In this document: one piece after another, positions 9,568 through 18,513 of the stretch | Layout of the letters: each line of letters begins with the position of its first letter | Position numbering within the stretch: the first letter of the stretch is position 1 | Virus record (IMG/VR): IMGVR_UViG_3300032320_000408 | Coordinates: 1,348-65,347 of that record | From: a virus | Strand: one strand, 5' to 3' | DNA length: 64,000 nucleotides | The notes under the pieces: model-generated | What the model saw: the letters and a program-made list of their open reading frames with translations, nothing else | What the model was told of the DNA's origin: nothing | Database searches by the model: none | Translations under genes and position numbers: made by a program

Positions 9568-9915
9568 ATGAACACCGCAAACCTACCCACACGCGCCCGC
9601 CTGAATGATTCGGGAGATCTGGACGCTGGAACTTTTACGCGCCACATTGTGGACAGCCTCGCCATAGTTAAACGCGACATTGCCGAATTACAGGCCGAGG
9701 AACTAGCACTAAAAACCATGCTAATTGCCACAGGTGCCGAGGCCATCGAGGGCAGCCAGCACCGCGCAGCCATATCCTATGGCGTCACCAAGGTTTCCAT
9801 TGATTGGCAAACCATCGCGCAGCGCTTCAAACCCAGCCGCCAGCTAATCAAAGCCCACACCACCGAGGGCGCACCCTTCGCCGTGGTACGAGTAAGCGCC
9901 AAGAAAACTAAGTAA
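9568..9915 (+). CDS. Early hypothetical protein
   Basis: ATG at 9568 after CAGGA; coiled coil then beta region. Confidence 0.65.
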   Translation: MNTANLPTRARLNDSGDLDAGTFTRHIVDSLAIVKRDIAELQAEELALKTMLIATGAEAIEGSQHRAAISYGVTKVSIDWQTIAQRFKPSRQLIKAHTTEGAPFAVVRVSAKKTK

Positions 9916-10119
9916 CTGGAGCCCAGACCATGACACAGACGGAGCGAGACGCCAAAATTTACGACTTGATCAAGCACGAACTGGAGTGGTTGATCAATAA
10001 CCCCGAACATATTACCAACACCGCCGCTTTTCTTATGGATGGCGGATTCACGCAATACACCGACGCCGAATTGACCCGCGAACACGCCTCATTGTTTTAA
10101 CTGGAGCCCAGACCATGAC
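9913..10119 (+). repeat. Direct repeat TAACTGGAGCCCAGACCATGAC (9913-9934, 10098-10119)
   Basis: Identical 22-mers spanning stop-SD-start junctions. Confidence 0.85.
9930..10100 (+). CDS. Small hypothetical protein (56 aa) flanked by 22-bp direct repeats
   Basis: Manual translation MTQTERDAKIYDLIKHELEWLINNPEHITNTAAFLMDGGFTQYTDAELTREHASLF. Confidence 0.6.
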   Translation: MTQTERDAKIYDLIKHELEWLINNPEHITNTAAFLMDGGFTQYTDAELTREHASLF

Positions 10120-10264
10120 CACCGATCACGCCGCAAGCCTACAAACTATCTACGAGCAACTAGTTGCCGCGCTTTATGACATCACCGAGGGAAACCCAGC
10201 CGACGCCATCCCCGCGCTGGAAGACTGCATCGACCGCTTGAATTTCACACAAACCACCGACTAA
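10115..10264 (+). CDS. Small acidic hypothetical protein (49 aa)
   Basis: Manual translation MTTDHAASLQTIYEQLVAALYDITEGNPADAIPALEDCIDRLNFTQTTD. Confidence 0.55.
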   Translation: MTTDHAASLQTIYEQLVAALYDITEGNPADAIPALEDCIDRLNFTQTTD

Positions 10265-10279
10265 ACAGGAGCAAACACC

Positions 10280-10558
10280 ATGACCAAGCAATATCGCGCC
10301 AAAAATGGCGCCCTGCAATATAAACCCGCCGATGATTGGCTAATCCACATCACCGAGACAGACAACGACACAGGATTTTGTCTATCTTGTGGGGAAGAGG
10401 TGGACGGCATCGAGCCAGACGCCGAGCACGACCCATGCCCGCATTGTTTCGCCTCCAAGGTATTCGGCGCCGAGAATCTTCTAATCCGTGGGCTTTATTA
10501 CGAGGCCGACCGCGAAGCAGACATAAACGAAGCCCGCCGCGCGGGTTATATCAAATAA
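10280..10558 (+). CDS. Zinc-ribbon protein
   Basis: CLSC...EPDA...CPHC motif. Confidence 0.7.
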   Translation: MTKQYRAKNGALQYKPADDWLIHITETDNDTGFCLSCGEEVDGIEPDAEHDPCPHCFASKVFGAENLLIRGLYYEADREADINEARRAGYIK

Positions 10559-10568
10559 AGGGGAAACC

Positions 10569-11246
10569 ATGCCAACACTTTTAATTAAACAATCCAGCAA
10601 CATAAAAACAGGGCCGATCCCGACCACCTACGCCAGCCGCGACACTTGCCCGCCCAGTTGCCCGCATATTGGCGCCGACTGCTACGCCGAGGCCTACCAC
10701 ACGCGCCTAGCTTGGAAACGCGCCGACACAGCCGCCGACATAGCAACAACCGCGCGATTCATTCAGGCCATGCCAGAGGGGCAGCTTTGGCGCCACGCTG
10801 TCGCTGGGGACTTATGGGGCAAAGGGGAAGAAGTGGACGCCGCCGCGCTGGGTGAGATCGTCAAAGCCAACAAAGGCCGCCGAGGTTTCACATACACGCA
10901 CAAGAAAACGCCCGAGGCCATAAAGTGGATTAAACACGCCAACGCGTGGGGCTTCACGATCAACCTCAGCGCCGATGATGCCGGCGAGGCCGACACGCTC
11001 GCCGACCTGAACGCAGCGCCCGTGGTGTGCATTGTGCCCATGGACACGCCAGCCATCAGCAAGACGCCCAAAGGCCGCACAATCCAAGTTTGCCCAGCAC
11101 AGACGCGCGATTACATGACATGCGCAGTTTGCCAGCTTTGCCAAAAGGCCGACCGCAAGGCCATTGTGGGTTTCCGCGCCCACGGACAGCGCGCCAAGAT
11201 CACCGACCAACGCGCGCGCCGAGTAATTCCAATTTCGAAAGGCTAA
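10569..11246 (+). CDS. Cys-rich metalloprotein, possibly Fe-S (phage Gp88-like)
   Basis: TCPPSCP...CYA, WRH..AGD, FTYTH, CPAQ...CAVCQLC, GFRAHG. Confidence 0.6.
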   Translation: MPTLLIKQSSNIKTGPIPTTYASRDTCPPSCPHIGADCYAEAYHTRLAWKRADTAADIATTARFIQAMPEGQLWRHAVAGDLWGKGEEVDAAALGEIVKANKGRRGFTYTHKKTPEAIKWIKHANAWGFTINLSADDAGEADTLADLNAAPVVCIVPMDTPAISKTPKGRTIQVCPAQTRDYMTCAVCQLCQKADRKAIVGFRAHGQRAKITDQRARRVIPISKG

Positions 11247-11250
11247 AACC

Positions 11251-11442
11251 ATGCTAAACAATCCCGACATTTACACGCAAGCTGGACGCATGACCGCCCA
11301 CGCACGAAACCAGCAAGACGAGGCGCGCGCGCAAGGCTGGAAAGATTACCACCGCAAAAATCGCGCACTCGAAAACGAGGCCGACCAAGCAGCAGCAGAG
11401 CGACTATTTCAGGACGGCTATACCGAAACCCGCCGCACTTGA
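11251..11442 (+). CDS. Early hypothetical protein
   Basis: 63 aa ORF in the coupled cluster. Confidence 0.6.
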   Translation: MLNNPDIYTQAGRMTAHARNQQDEARAQGWKDYHRKNRALENEADQAAAERLFQDGYTETRRT

Positions 11443-11506
11443 GGGCGCAGCCTGAAGCCCGCCAAGGGCTTTGGGGTGCACCTTCGCACCGATAACAGGG
11501 GAAACC

Positions 11507-11677
11507 ATGACCGACACTCAAGCAGAGGCAGACACGCGCGCCGACATGCTGGACGCGCTTTATCTCGCCTTACCCTTCGTGGAAGATCACGAACAATCTG
11601 ACATTTACAAGACAGGCGCAGTATCGCGCGCGCTGGTGGTGATTCGCGCAGCCATCAAACAGGCCGAGGCACTATGA
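11507..11677 (+). CDS. Early hypothetical protein
   Basis: ATG at 11507 after AGGGGA. Confidence 0.6.
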   Translation: MTDTQAEADTRADMLDALYLALPFVEDHEQSDIYKTGAVSRALVVIRAAIKQAEAL

Positions 11678-11838
11678 AGCACACCGAGGCCGAATATATC
11701 AACGCTGGACACGCCTACGAGAAAGGCCGCAAAGCCGCCGAGACGCTGCGCCACATGCTGGAGGCCGAGACGATAGAAGACCGCGCCGAAGCTCGCCGAC
11801 TGATTGAACAGGGACGCCAAGAAGCCCGCAGCCAGTAA
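11674..11838 (+). CDS. Small hypothetical protein (54 aa), possible paralog of 11251..11442
   Basis: Manual translation MKHTEAEYINAGHAYEKGRKAAETLRHMLEAETIEDRAEARRLIEQGRQEARSQ; ATGA overlap. Confidence 0.6.
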   Translation: MKHTEAEYINAGHAYEKGRKAAETLRHMLEAETIEDRAEARRLIEQGRQEARSQ

Positions 11839-11926
11839 CCACGACCACCCGCAAGGGTGCGATATACCACCAAGCCGCCAGCTTGAGGCTAACTTTTTTG
11901 CCACTAGCACGAGGCTATTTTTAATC

Positions 11927-11946
11927 GACTGTAACTAGTTACAGTC
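11927..11946. promoter_or_regulatory. Palindromic site GACTGTAACTAGTTACAGTC
   Basis: Perfect 20-bp palindrome, same core as 7729/7756, 18 nt upstream of ATG 11965. Confidence 0.8.
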
Positions 11947-11964
11947 AAAACGGAGATTACAACC

Positions 11965-12174
11965 ATGACAACCAGCCAGCAGCTCGAGGCTATTTCAGCC
12001 CTAGCCCTTTCAATTCGCGCCCCAATGTTCGCCGAGCGCGACAACCTAGCGGAGGCCTTCGCCTATGCGCAAGAGGTGGCAAAGGCATCAGACAACCCAG
12101 CAGCGGTACTTACTGCCGTTTATTTGGTTTCCAATTCAATTTCAAAGCAGCTCAACGCTATCGTAAAAGGATAA
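11965..12174 (+). CDS. Hypothetical protein
   Basis: 69 aa, GGAG SD. Confidence 0.65.
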   Translation: MTTSQQLEAISALALSIRAPMFAERDNLAEAFAYAQEVAKASDNPAAVLTAVYLVSNSISKQLNAIVKG

Positions 12175-12179
12175 ATATC

Positions 12180-13344
12180 ATGAACTATTCACACATGAGA
12201 GCCTACGCAAATGGTGCGCTGGACGGCTACAACACAGGGTCTGACAACAACCCATACGACCCAGCAGAAAAGCCCGCAGAGCATCAAGCCTACAAACACG
12301 GCTACGACTACGGCGTGGATATGTATTGCCAAGATAACGAGGTGACAGCATGAGGCTAGAACAAATACAAGTTGCATTGTTTGCGGCATACGACATACGC
12401 AACACCATGACCAAAGAAATGAAGCAGCACCCAGCAGACAGGGACGGCACCGAATACACGCTGGGTGAATCAATTGATGATGTGATTGAATTCTTAGAAA
12501 CTTTAGAAGGAGAACAAAAATGACACACGCAGAAAATTTTGCACTTAATCAATGGCTGAGTGACTACCCAGAAGGCAAGACTTACCAAGAAATTATCGAC
12601 ATGATGATTGGTGATGATGAAGAGTGGATGCACGAGGAAATTTCAGTATGGCAAACAGTCGAGCACTTCACGCTACGCCAAGTGGCTGAATTTATTGATG
12701 GGACTCGGCACCACTTTCAATGCACAGTTGAAACAATGAAACAAGAAGGAGCATTCGCATGAAACCAGAAGAACAAGCCGCCTTTGTTGAGGCATACGGG
12801 CGCCAAGTGGCAATGATTGGCGATAAATATGTGGCTGATTTTGTCCGCCGATATTACGAGGGTGATGATGTGGAATACGAGCAAGACTACGCCAACATTG
12901 TGGACGCGCTGGGTATGTGGAACGAGGCTATCAAATGGAAACTACAGGAGCAATTAGCATGAAAAAATTTAAAGTTGTGGTATCAAGCATTAGCTATTAC
13001 ACAGTCGAAATCGAGGCCGAAAACGATGACGAGGCGTTGGACATCGCCAGAGACATGGATGGCGCCGATTTCGAAGCCGATGGTGTAGACGATTGGGAAA
13101 TCTATAGCGTATCCGAGGTGGAAAAATGAAATTTACAGCAGAACAAATCGACAGACTCGAAAGCGATCTAAGCAGGGCAGTCATGGGCGCCAGACAGTTT
13201 GCCGATCAAGCCACTAGCATGAGGCTATCGAACTTGACGGGCATCATGGCAGAGGTGCGCCACTTTGCCCATTGTGTGCAGTATGGCGGCAGCGTAAAGG
13301 AAGCACAGGAACGCTGGCTTGCCATCTTTACTGACGAAGAATGA
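12180..13344 (+). CDS. Run of six small coupled hypothetical genes (12180-12353, 12350-12523, 12520-12762, 12759-12962, 12959-13129, 13126-13344)
   Basis: Consecutive ATGA overlaps and SD motifs; first two translated manually. Confidence 0.65.
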
Positions 13345-14128
13345 ACGGGCGCAGGGTATCGGCTACACCAGCCGTGCCCAGCCTCTGTTCAGCATCATTG
13401 AAATCCTCACCAGCCTCGCCTAGCCAATAGTTCGAGGCTATTTTCTTTGCCACACCCTCACCCACACCGCTCGGATCGTTGTCAGCAATGACCAAAGGTT
13501 TATGCAAGCTCTTGGCTATTTCCAACATATTGCCCGCGCTAAAACATACGTGGATGGTGTACCGCTCTTTTAAATGCTTCATGGCATTACGTATGGACAG
13601 ACCAGTAGCAAACCCTTCGCACAGGATATCTTGCCCCTTGTTGTTAATCACAAGACTGGCGCCCTTGGTTACTTGCCCAGACAGGAAGCGTTTTGTGCCG
13701 TCTGGATCGATGAGCTGGCAGCCAACCAAGGCATCACCAATGCGCATAGGTAGTATCAGGAGGCTATTCCAAACCAACCCATCGATGTCGAAACCTTTGC
13801 GCAGCAAGTAGGGATGCTGTTGTTTGGTTGCGTTGTTCATGATGAAGGCTGCCTTATCTCTTGCGGCCTTTTGTTTTTTCTGCCTCTCTTCCTGCGCTCT
13901 CTGGCGGCGCAACTGATCCATTGGATTAGCGATGTACGGCTCTGTGGATTTGTACTGGATGGGTGAATCATGTACCGCCCAATTCCTTACCGCGCCGCTA
14001 TGCCCGTCGAAGATATATGCGCCATTACGTTTGCGAGGGTGGTCTTCTGTTGGCACACGCACCCACTTGTCCAGCTCTACGTTATCCACAATGAGCCCGT
14101 GCTCGATTGCAAACTGTTGGAATGTCAT
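13328..14128 (-). CDS. TOPRIM-domain primase
   Basis: HPYLLRKG, ILCEGFATGLS, IADND, DFND. Confidence 0.85.
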   Translation of the reverse strand: MTFQQFAIEHGLIVDNVELDKWVRVPTEDHPRKRNGAYIFDGHSGAVRNWAVHDSPIQYKSTEPYIANPMDQLRRQRAQEERQKKQKAARDKAAFIMNNATKQQHPYLLRKGFDIDGLVWNSLLILPMRIGDALVGCQLIDPDGTKRFLSGQVTKGASLVINNKGQDILCEGFATGLSIRNAMKHLKERYTIHVCFSAGNMLEIAKSLHKPLVIADNDPSGVGEGVAKKIASNYWLGEAGEDFNDAEQRLGTAGVADTLRPFILRQ

Positions 14129-15603
14129 GCTGCTTTCCTTTGGCTACGAGCCCATGCAATGTTGCGTGATTGAATCCAGCCCGCTGTCTTGGATGATGTG
14201 GGCACCGCCTCTTTGACTAGGCCATTGGGAAACACGCCGTACTTTTCCTTGTACTTGACGGCTGCGTATCCTTCCTTGTAACCCTTGGTGCGCGCATAAT
14301 AAATTAACTCAGAATAGAACTGTTGGTTCTCGCTTGTGTGCTTGCGTACAGTATTGCCAAACTCATGCAGCTCACCAGCCACGTTAATCAACTGACGCGA
14401 GGGCTTCTCATGTCCACACGCGCCGCACCTGTTGGAAGGCCAAACCCACAAAGCCTTGCACATTGGGCACTTTGATTCTTTCTTTTCCTTCTCGGTAGGT
14501 TCTTTCTTGGCTGCCTCTGAGCCGCCTTCTGGTAGGTCGGTGACGCCCTCATCAAACAGCTTGTCCCAATCCTTCCTAAAGCGCAAGTAATTGCCCGAGT
14601 GATCAAGCCACAAGCCAAACTCTTTGCCCTCGTACGGACGCATAATGCGCCCCATCTGCTGGACGTGAGAGCTGAACGACTTGGAGAATGGACGTGCGCT
14701 CACACCAATCATGACATCGGGCACATCAAAGCCTTTAGTCAAGATGTCGGTAGCAATCAAGCCTGTGATGTTGGTATCGGGGCGGCCAAAGTCCTCGATG
14801 GTCTGGGCTTTGAACTCGTCATCTTCCTTGTAAGAGATGGACACAAAGTTATAGCCGCGCGCATTGAACTGGCGCACAAGATCACGCCCGTGCTCTACGC
14901 CAGCGCAAAACACAACCGTCTTGGCAGCTTTACCAAACACTTCGTGTGTCTTCTTTTCCCACTCAGTCACGATATCGCCCGTAATCTGCATGCCGCGCTC
15001 GGACACTTCGTCTTGTGACCATTCGCCCGCAACCTTCTTGGCGCCGCGCATATCAATCTCTTTTGCGATAAAGATTTTGAGCGGGGTAAGCCAGCCATCA
15101 TCAATCATTTGACCTGTTGCTTTGGCGCCAACAACATGGGTGTACACGTCGCCCAGTCCTTTGGTAAAAGGTGTGGCAGTCAAGCCAATCACCTTCATGT
15201 CTGGGTTGCTCTTGATGTACTCAAGCACCTGCTTACGTTGGATGTGGCACTCATCGATGATGAGCAAGTCTGGCTTGGTGAAGTTGCCGCGCCGCTCGAG
15301 CGTTTGTGCCGAGCAAATCTGTATGCGTTCCATCGGACGGTATCGCCAGTGCCCTGATTGCATGACACCATGACCAATGTTGTACTTAGATAGGCGTGTG
15401 CTTGTTTGATTTACCAGCACGATGCGATCTAGAACCATCGCAACCGTCTTGTATTTGTCTGCGGCTTCTTTCATGACGTACATGGCGACTTCGGTTTTAC
15501 CAAAGCCAGTAGGCGCATACAGTAATTGGCACCGATGTCCTGCTGCAAATCCGTCACGCAGTTTTTCAACCACCTCCGTTTGGTGGTCGCGTAATTTCAA
15601 CAT
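14125..15603 (-). CDS. Superfamily 2 DEAD/DEAH-type helicase
   Basis: PTGFGKT, IIDECH, TATP, QQMGRIMR, C-terminal CPMC/CGAC zinc ribbon. Confidence 0.92.
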   Translation of the reverse strand: MLKLRDHQTEVVEKLRDGFAAGHRCQLLYAPTGFGKTEVAMYVMKEAADKYKTVAMVLDRIVLVNQTSTRLSKYNIGHGVMQSGHWRYRPMERIQICSAQTLERRGNFTKPDLLIIDECHIQRKQVLEYIKSNPDMKVIGLTATPFTKGLGDVYTHVVGAKATGQMIDDGWLTPLKIFIAKEIDMRGAKKVAGEWSQDEVSERGMQITGDIVTEWEKKTHEVFGKAAKTVVFCAGVEHGRDLVRQFNARGYNFVSISYKEDDEFKAQTIEDFGRPDTNITGLIATDILTKGFDVPDVMIGVSARPFSKSFSSHVQQMGRIMRPYEGKEFGLWLDHSGNYLRFRKDWDKLFDEGVTDLPEGGSEAAKKEPTEKEKKESKCPMCKALWVWPSNRCGACGHEKPSRQLINVAGELHEFGNTVRKHTSENQQFYSELIYYARTKGYKEGYAAVKYKEKYGVFPNGLVKEAVPTSSKTAGWIQSRNIAWARSQRKAA

Positions 15604-15638
15604 ATCAATCTCCTGATGGGATACCGCCCAACTTCGGT

Positions 15639-16448
15639 TTACTTACCTGCTTCTGCTTTCTCGGCGCGCTTCTTCCAATACGCCATCTGCTTGATCATCT
15701 CTGCGTTCTTATTCTGGAACTCATTGCGAGATGCTGTGACGGCGGCGAGTTGACGCTCGAGACTTTTAACCTGGTCGCGCAACGTTTCGATTGTCTCTTG
15801 CACCTCAACCTTTGCCTCTTCTGAATCCATCAAAGAGCTAACAGCAAGACGGTCTTTGAGTTTGATGTTCTCCTCGAGCGCATGGGCGTGCTCGGTAGCC
15901 AACTCACTCGCTCGGTCTTCTTCTGTGTACTCTGGCTCTTGGGTTGGTTGTGGGGCTGGGCGTCCGATCGATGCTGTGTCAATCTTCCTGCCATCCTTAC
16001 CCGTACGCACTGGCACATCGAGCTGCAATGATTTACGCACACGACCAACAGTCATTACGCTAACCTTGCAAATCTTTGCGATTTCTCGATCGCTTAATTC
16101 GCACAGCTCGATGTCCTCAAAGCAAGTCACAACAGAATTGCGCTTGTCTTCATTGCTGCGTGGCAATCCGTGATTGGCATTGGCGCCTAAAGAAAAGATG
16201 CGCGCTTCACGTTTTGTGCCGTTGACAACATCCGACTCTATCTCTGTTAGTCCAGCGCGTTTGTGTGCGTGGTAGCGGTGGAAACCATCTGCCAACCAAT
16301 TGTCAACACCGTCAAAATATACCGTGACGGCCGGCATGGTGTCGCCTTCTAAAAGTACCTCGGTGTAGTTCTGTACGGTGGGTTCATCAATCTTTACTCG
16401 GGGCTGCGTTCCGCCATCTAGACGGATTTTTTTTAGTTCAATCTTCAT
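15639..16448 (-). CDS. ParB/Srx N-terminal domain protein with HTH and coiled coil
   Basis: TQPR, LADGFHRYHA (GxxRxxA), SDREIAKICKVS HTH; probable ATG at 16448. Confidence 0.8.
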   Translation of the reverse strand: MKIELKKIRLDGGTQPRVKIDEPTVQNYTEVLLEGDTMPAVTVYFDGVDNWLADGFHRYHAHKRAGLTEIESDVVNGTKREARIFSLGANANHGLPRSNEDKRNSVVTCFEDIELCELSDREIAKICKVSVMTVGRVRKSLQLDVPVRTGKDGRKIDTASIGRPAPQPTQEPEYTEEDRASELATEHAHALEENIKLKDRLAVSSLMDSEEAKVEVQETIETLRDQVKSLERQLAAVTASRNEFQNKNAEMIKQMAYWKKRAEKAEAGK

Positions 16449-16599
16449 TGATTTTCCTTGTTGTGGGGGGGAAAAGTTTACACCTGTTGCAGCGTTTCGT
16501 CTGTCAGATTTATACAACAGCACAGTTGATCAAGAAAATAAATTACCAGTTCTAACCTATTGTCACAAATAGTTAATTCTGTAACCGCCTAATAAACAT

Positions 16600-17022
16600 A
16601 TGAAAATAAAGCGCGTAGATATTCGCCATTTGCAAATACAGGATCAGCTGCTGGTGCTTCAAAAAAAGTGCCTACCTTCTGACGCGCCGTACGATACATC
16701 ACAAGGTTGCTGGTGGATAGTTTATGACGCACACAATTTGCCATGCGCTTTTGCGGGTCTTGTTCCTAGTGTTCGCTGGCTTGATACTGGTTATCTGTGC
16801 CGTGCAGGTGTGCTACCTAGTCATCGTGGACAAGGCGTACAGAAAAGACTTATACGAGCGCGTATTCGGCAAGCGCGAGCGCTAGGCTGGAGTTGGCTGA
16901 TCACCGATACATACGATAACCCAGCATCTTCTAACAGCCTGATAGCCACAGGTTTCAAATTGTTTGAGCCATCGAAGCCTTGGGGTGCCAAAGGCACTCT
17001 TTACTGGAGACTGAAGCTATGA
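16600..17022 (+). CDS. GNAT acetyltransferase
   Basis: Motif A 'GVLPSHRGQGVQKRLI' and motif B 'NPASSNSLIATGF'. Confidence 0.85.
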   Translation: MKIKRVDIRHLQIQDQLLVLQKKCLPSDAPYDTSQGCWWIVYDAHNLPCAFAGLVPSVRWLDTGYLCRAGVLPSHRGQGVQKRLIRARIRQARALGWSWLITDTYDNPASSNSLIATGFKLFEPSKPWGAKGTLYWRLKL

Positions 17023-18182
17023 AGTTTGACGCTCAAATGGCAAGTTTTGCCACGGTTCGAGACTTGGAATACATGGAGGCCATTGAAAAGTATGGCAGCA
17101 TTACCAAAGCCGCCAAGCACCTTGGCACAGACAGGCGCGCCATTCAAAAGTCTCTTGATCGCGTCAAGAAGCGCGCAGCAATAGCTGGGTACAGCCCGCA
17201 GCATGACATGACCCACCCCGTTCCTGACGGGTTTAAAGTACGTGGGGTTTCTACCTATTACAACAACGATGGCAAAGCGGTTGGCCAGTGGGTGAAGTCA
17301 GGGATTGACGAAACGCGCCAACAAGAGATCATCAAGGAAATCGTTGACGGGATGTGCGAGCAGGTGCCAAGGGTAGACGTAACTATGCCTCCGATTGGGA
17401 CAGTGGATAGCTTGTGCACAGTTTACACTTTGACCGACAGCCACGTTGGCATGTTAGCTTGGCACAAAGAAGGCGGCGAGGATTGGGATTTAAGCATTGC
17501 CGAGAAGACTTTGGTAGGTTGCTTTGAACAGATGGTTAAAAGCTCTCCAGACGCCTCTACGTGCGTTGTAGCGCAGCTTGGAGACTTCCTCCACTACGAC
17601 TCTGCTTTGTCTGCTGTAACGCCTCAGAGCGGCCATTCGCTGGATGCGGACGGTAGGATGCCCAAGATGGTCAAGACCGCCATACGCATCTTGCGTACAG
17701 TTGTTGCCCGCGCATTAGAGAAGCACCAAAAGGTTGTGCTGTTGTTGGCCGAGGGCAACCACGATATCTCTAGTTCGGTCTGGCTTCGCGCCATGTTCCA
17801 AGCCCTGTACGAGAACGAGCCGCGCATACAAGTTATTGATAGTGAACTACCGTACTACGTATACCAGCACGGGAAAACAATGTTGGCTTGGCATCATGGG
17901 CATTTGTCAAAAAACAACGCTCTACCCATTCTTTTTGCGTCTCAGTTCCCAAAGATGTGGGGTGAAACCACTAAACGCTATGCCCACTGCGGCCACCGCC
18001 ATCACGTCGAAGAAAAAGAACACAGCGGCATGACTGTTATCCAGCACTCTACGTTAGCAGCAAGGGACGCCTATGCAGCGCGCGGTGGCTGGATGTCTGA
18101 GCGCCATGTAACCAGTATTACCTATTCTGACCGGTACGGACAGGTAGCCCGCAACACCGTTACCCCCGAAATGCTTTCTTAA
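17019..18182 (+). CDS. Calcineurin-like metallophosphoesterase with N-terminal HTH
   Basis: GSITKAAKHLG HTH; TDSHVG, LGDFLH, EGNHD, HHGH, GHRHH; ATGA-coupled to GNAT. Confidence 0.8.
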   Translation: MKFDAQMASFATVRDLEYMEAIEKYGSITKAAKHLGTDRRAIQKSLDRVKKRAAIAGYSPQHDMTHPVPDGFKVRGVSTYYNNDGKAVGQWVKSGIDETRQQEIIKEIVDGMCEQVPRVDVTMPPIGTVDSLCTVYTLTDSHVGMLAWHKEGGEDWDLSIAEKTLVGCFEQMVKSSPDASTCVVAQLGDFLHYDSALSAVTPQSGHSLDADGRMPKMVKTAIRILRTVVARALEKHQKVVLLLAEGNHDISSSVWLRAMFQALYENEPRIQVIDSELPYYVYQHGKTMLAWHHGHLSKNNALPILFASQFPKMWGETTKRYAHCGHRHHVEEKEHSGMTVIQHSTLAARDAYAARGGWMSERHVTSITYSDRYGQVARNTVTPEMLS

Positions 18183-18242
18183 ATGTGTCATGGTTGACAA
18201 GCAAACTTAACTCGCCAGGTGGCATTAACTTAAGGGGCTTTT

Positions 18243-18479
18243 ATGTACAAGGTAGAAATTGACATTTCCGCTTGGGGCGGTGACGAGAAGGTTGTTATTG
18301 AGACTAACGACTTTGACAAAATTCAAGTCCTCCAAGAATTCATTGACTTACAAATGGACAACGGCTGGTGTGTTGACTATGAGGTCATTGAGGAAGATGA
18401 TGAAGAAGACGAAGAGGAAGAGGAAGAAGACGAACCAGCTACTGTTTCAACTTACGTTATCACTAAGATTGAAGAGTAA
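18243..18479 (+). CDS. Highly acidic small protein
   Basis: 78 aa with EEDDEEDEEEEEEDE tract; SD AAGGGG. Confidence 0.75.
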   Translation: MYKVEIDISAWGGDEKVVIETNDFDKIQVLQEFIDLQMDNGWCVDYEVIEEDDEEDEEEEEEDEPATVSTYVITKIEE

Positions 18480-18513
18480 AAAAAGAGGGGGCCACAAGCC
18501 CCCTTCTTATTTT
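18478..18513. terminator. Bidirectional intrinsic terminator
   Basis: A-tract, GGGGGC-CACAA-GCCCCC hairpin, T-rich tail between convergent genes. Confidence 0.75.

Noticed and set aside
10155-10168. GCAACTAGTTGC palindrome as another copy of the dispersed motif
   Set aside because: Shares only the central 8 bp and lacks the CTGT/ACAG arms.
11443-11495. Possible tRNA from clustered hairpins
   Set aside because: Too short, with no T-loop (TTCRA) or acceptor stem.
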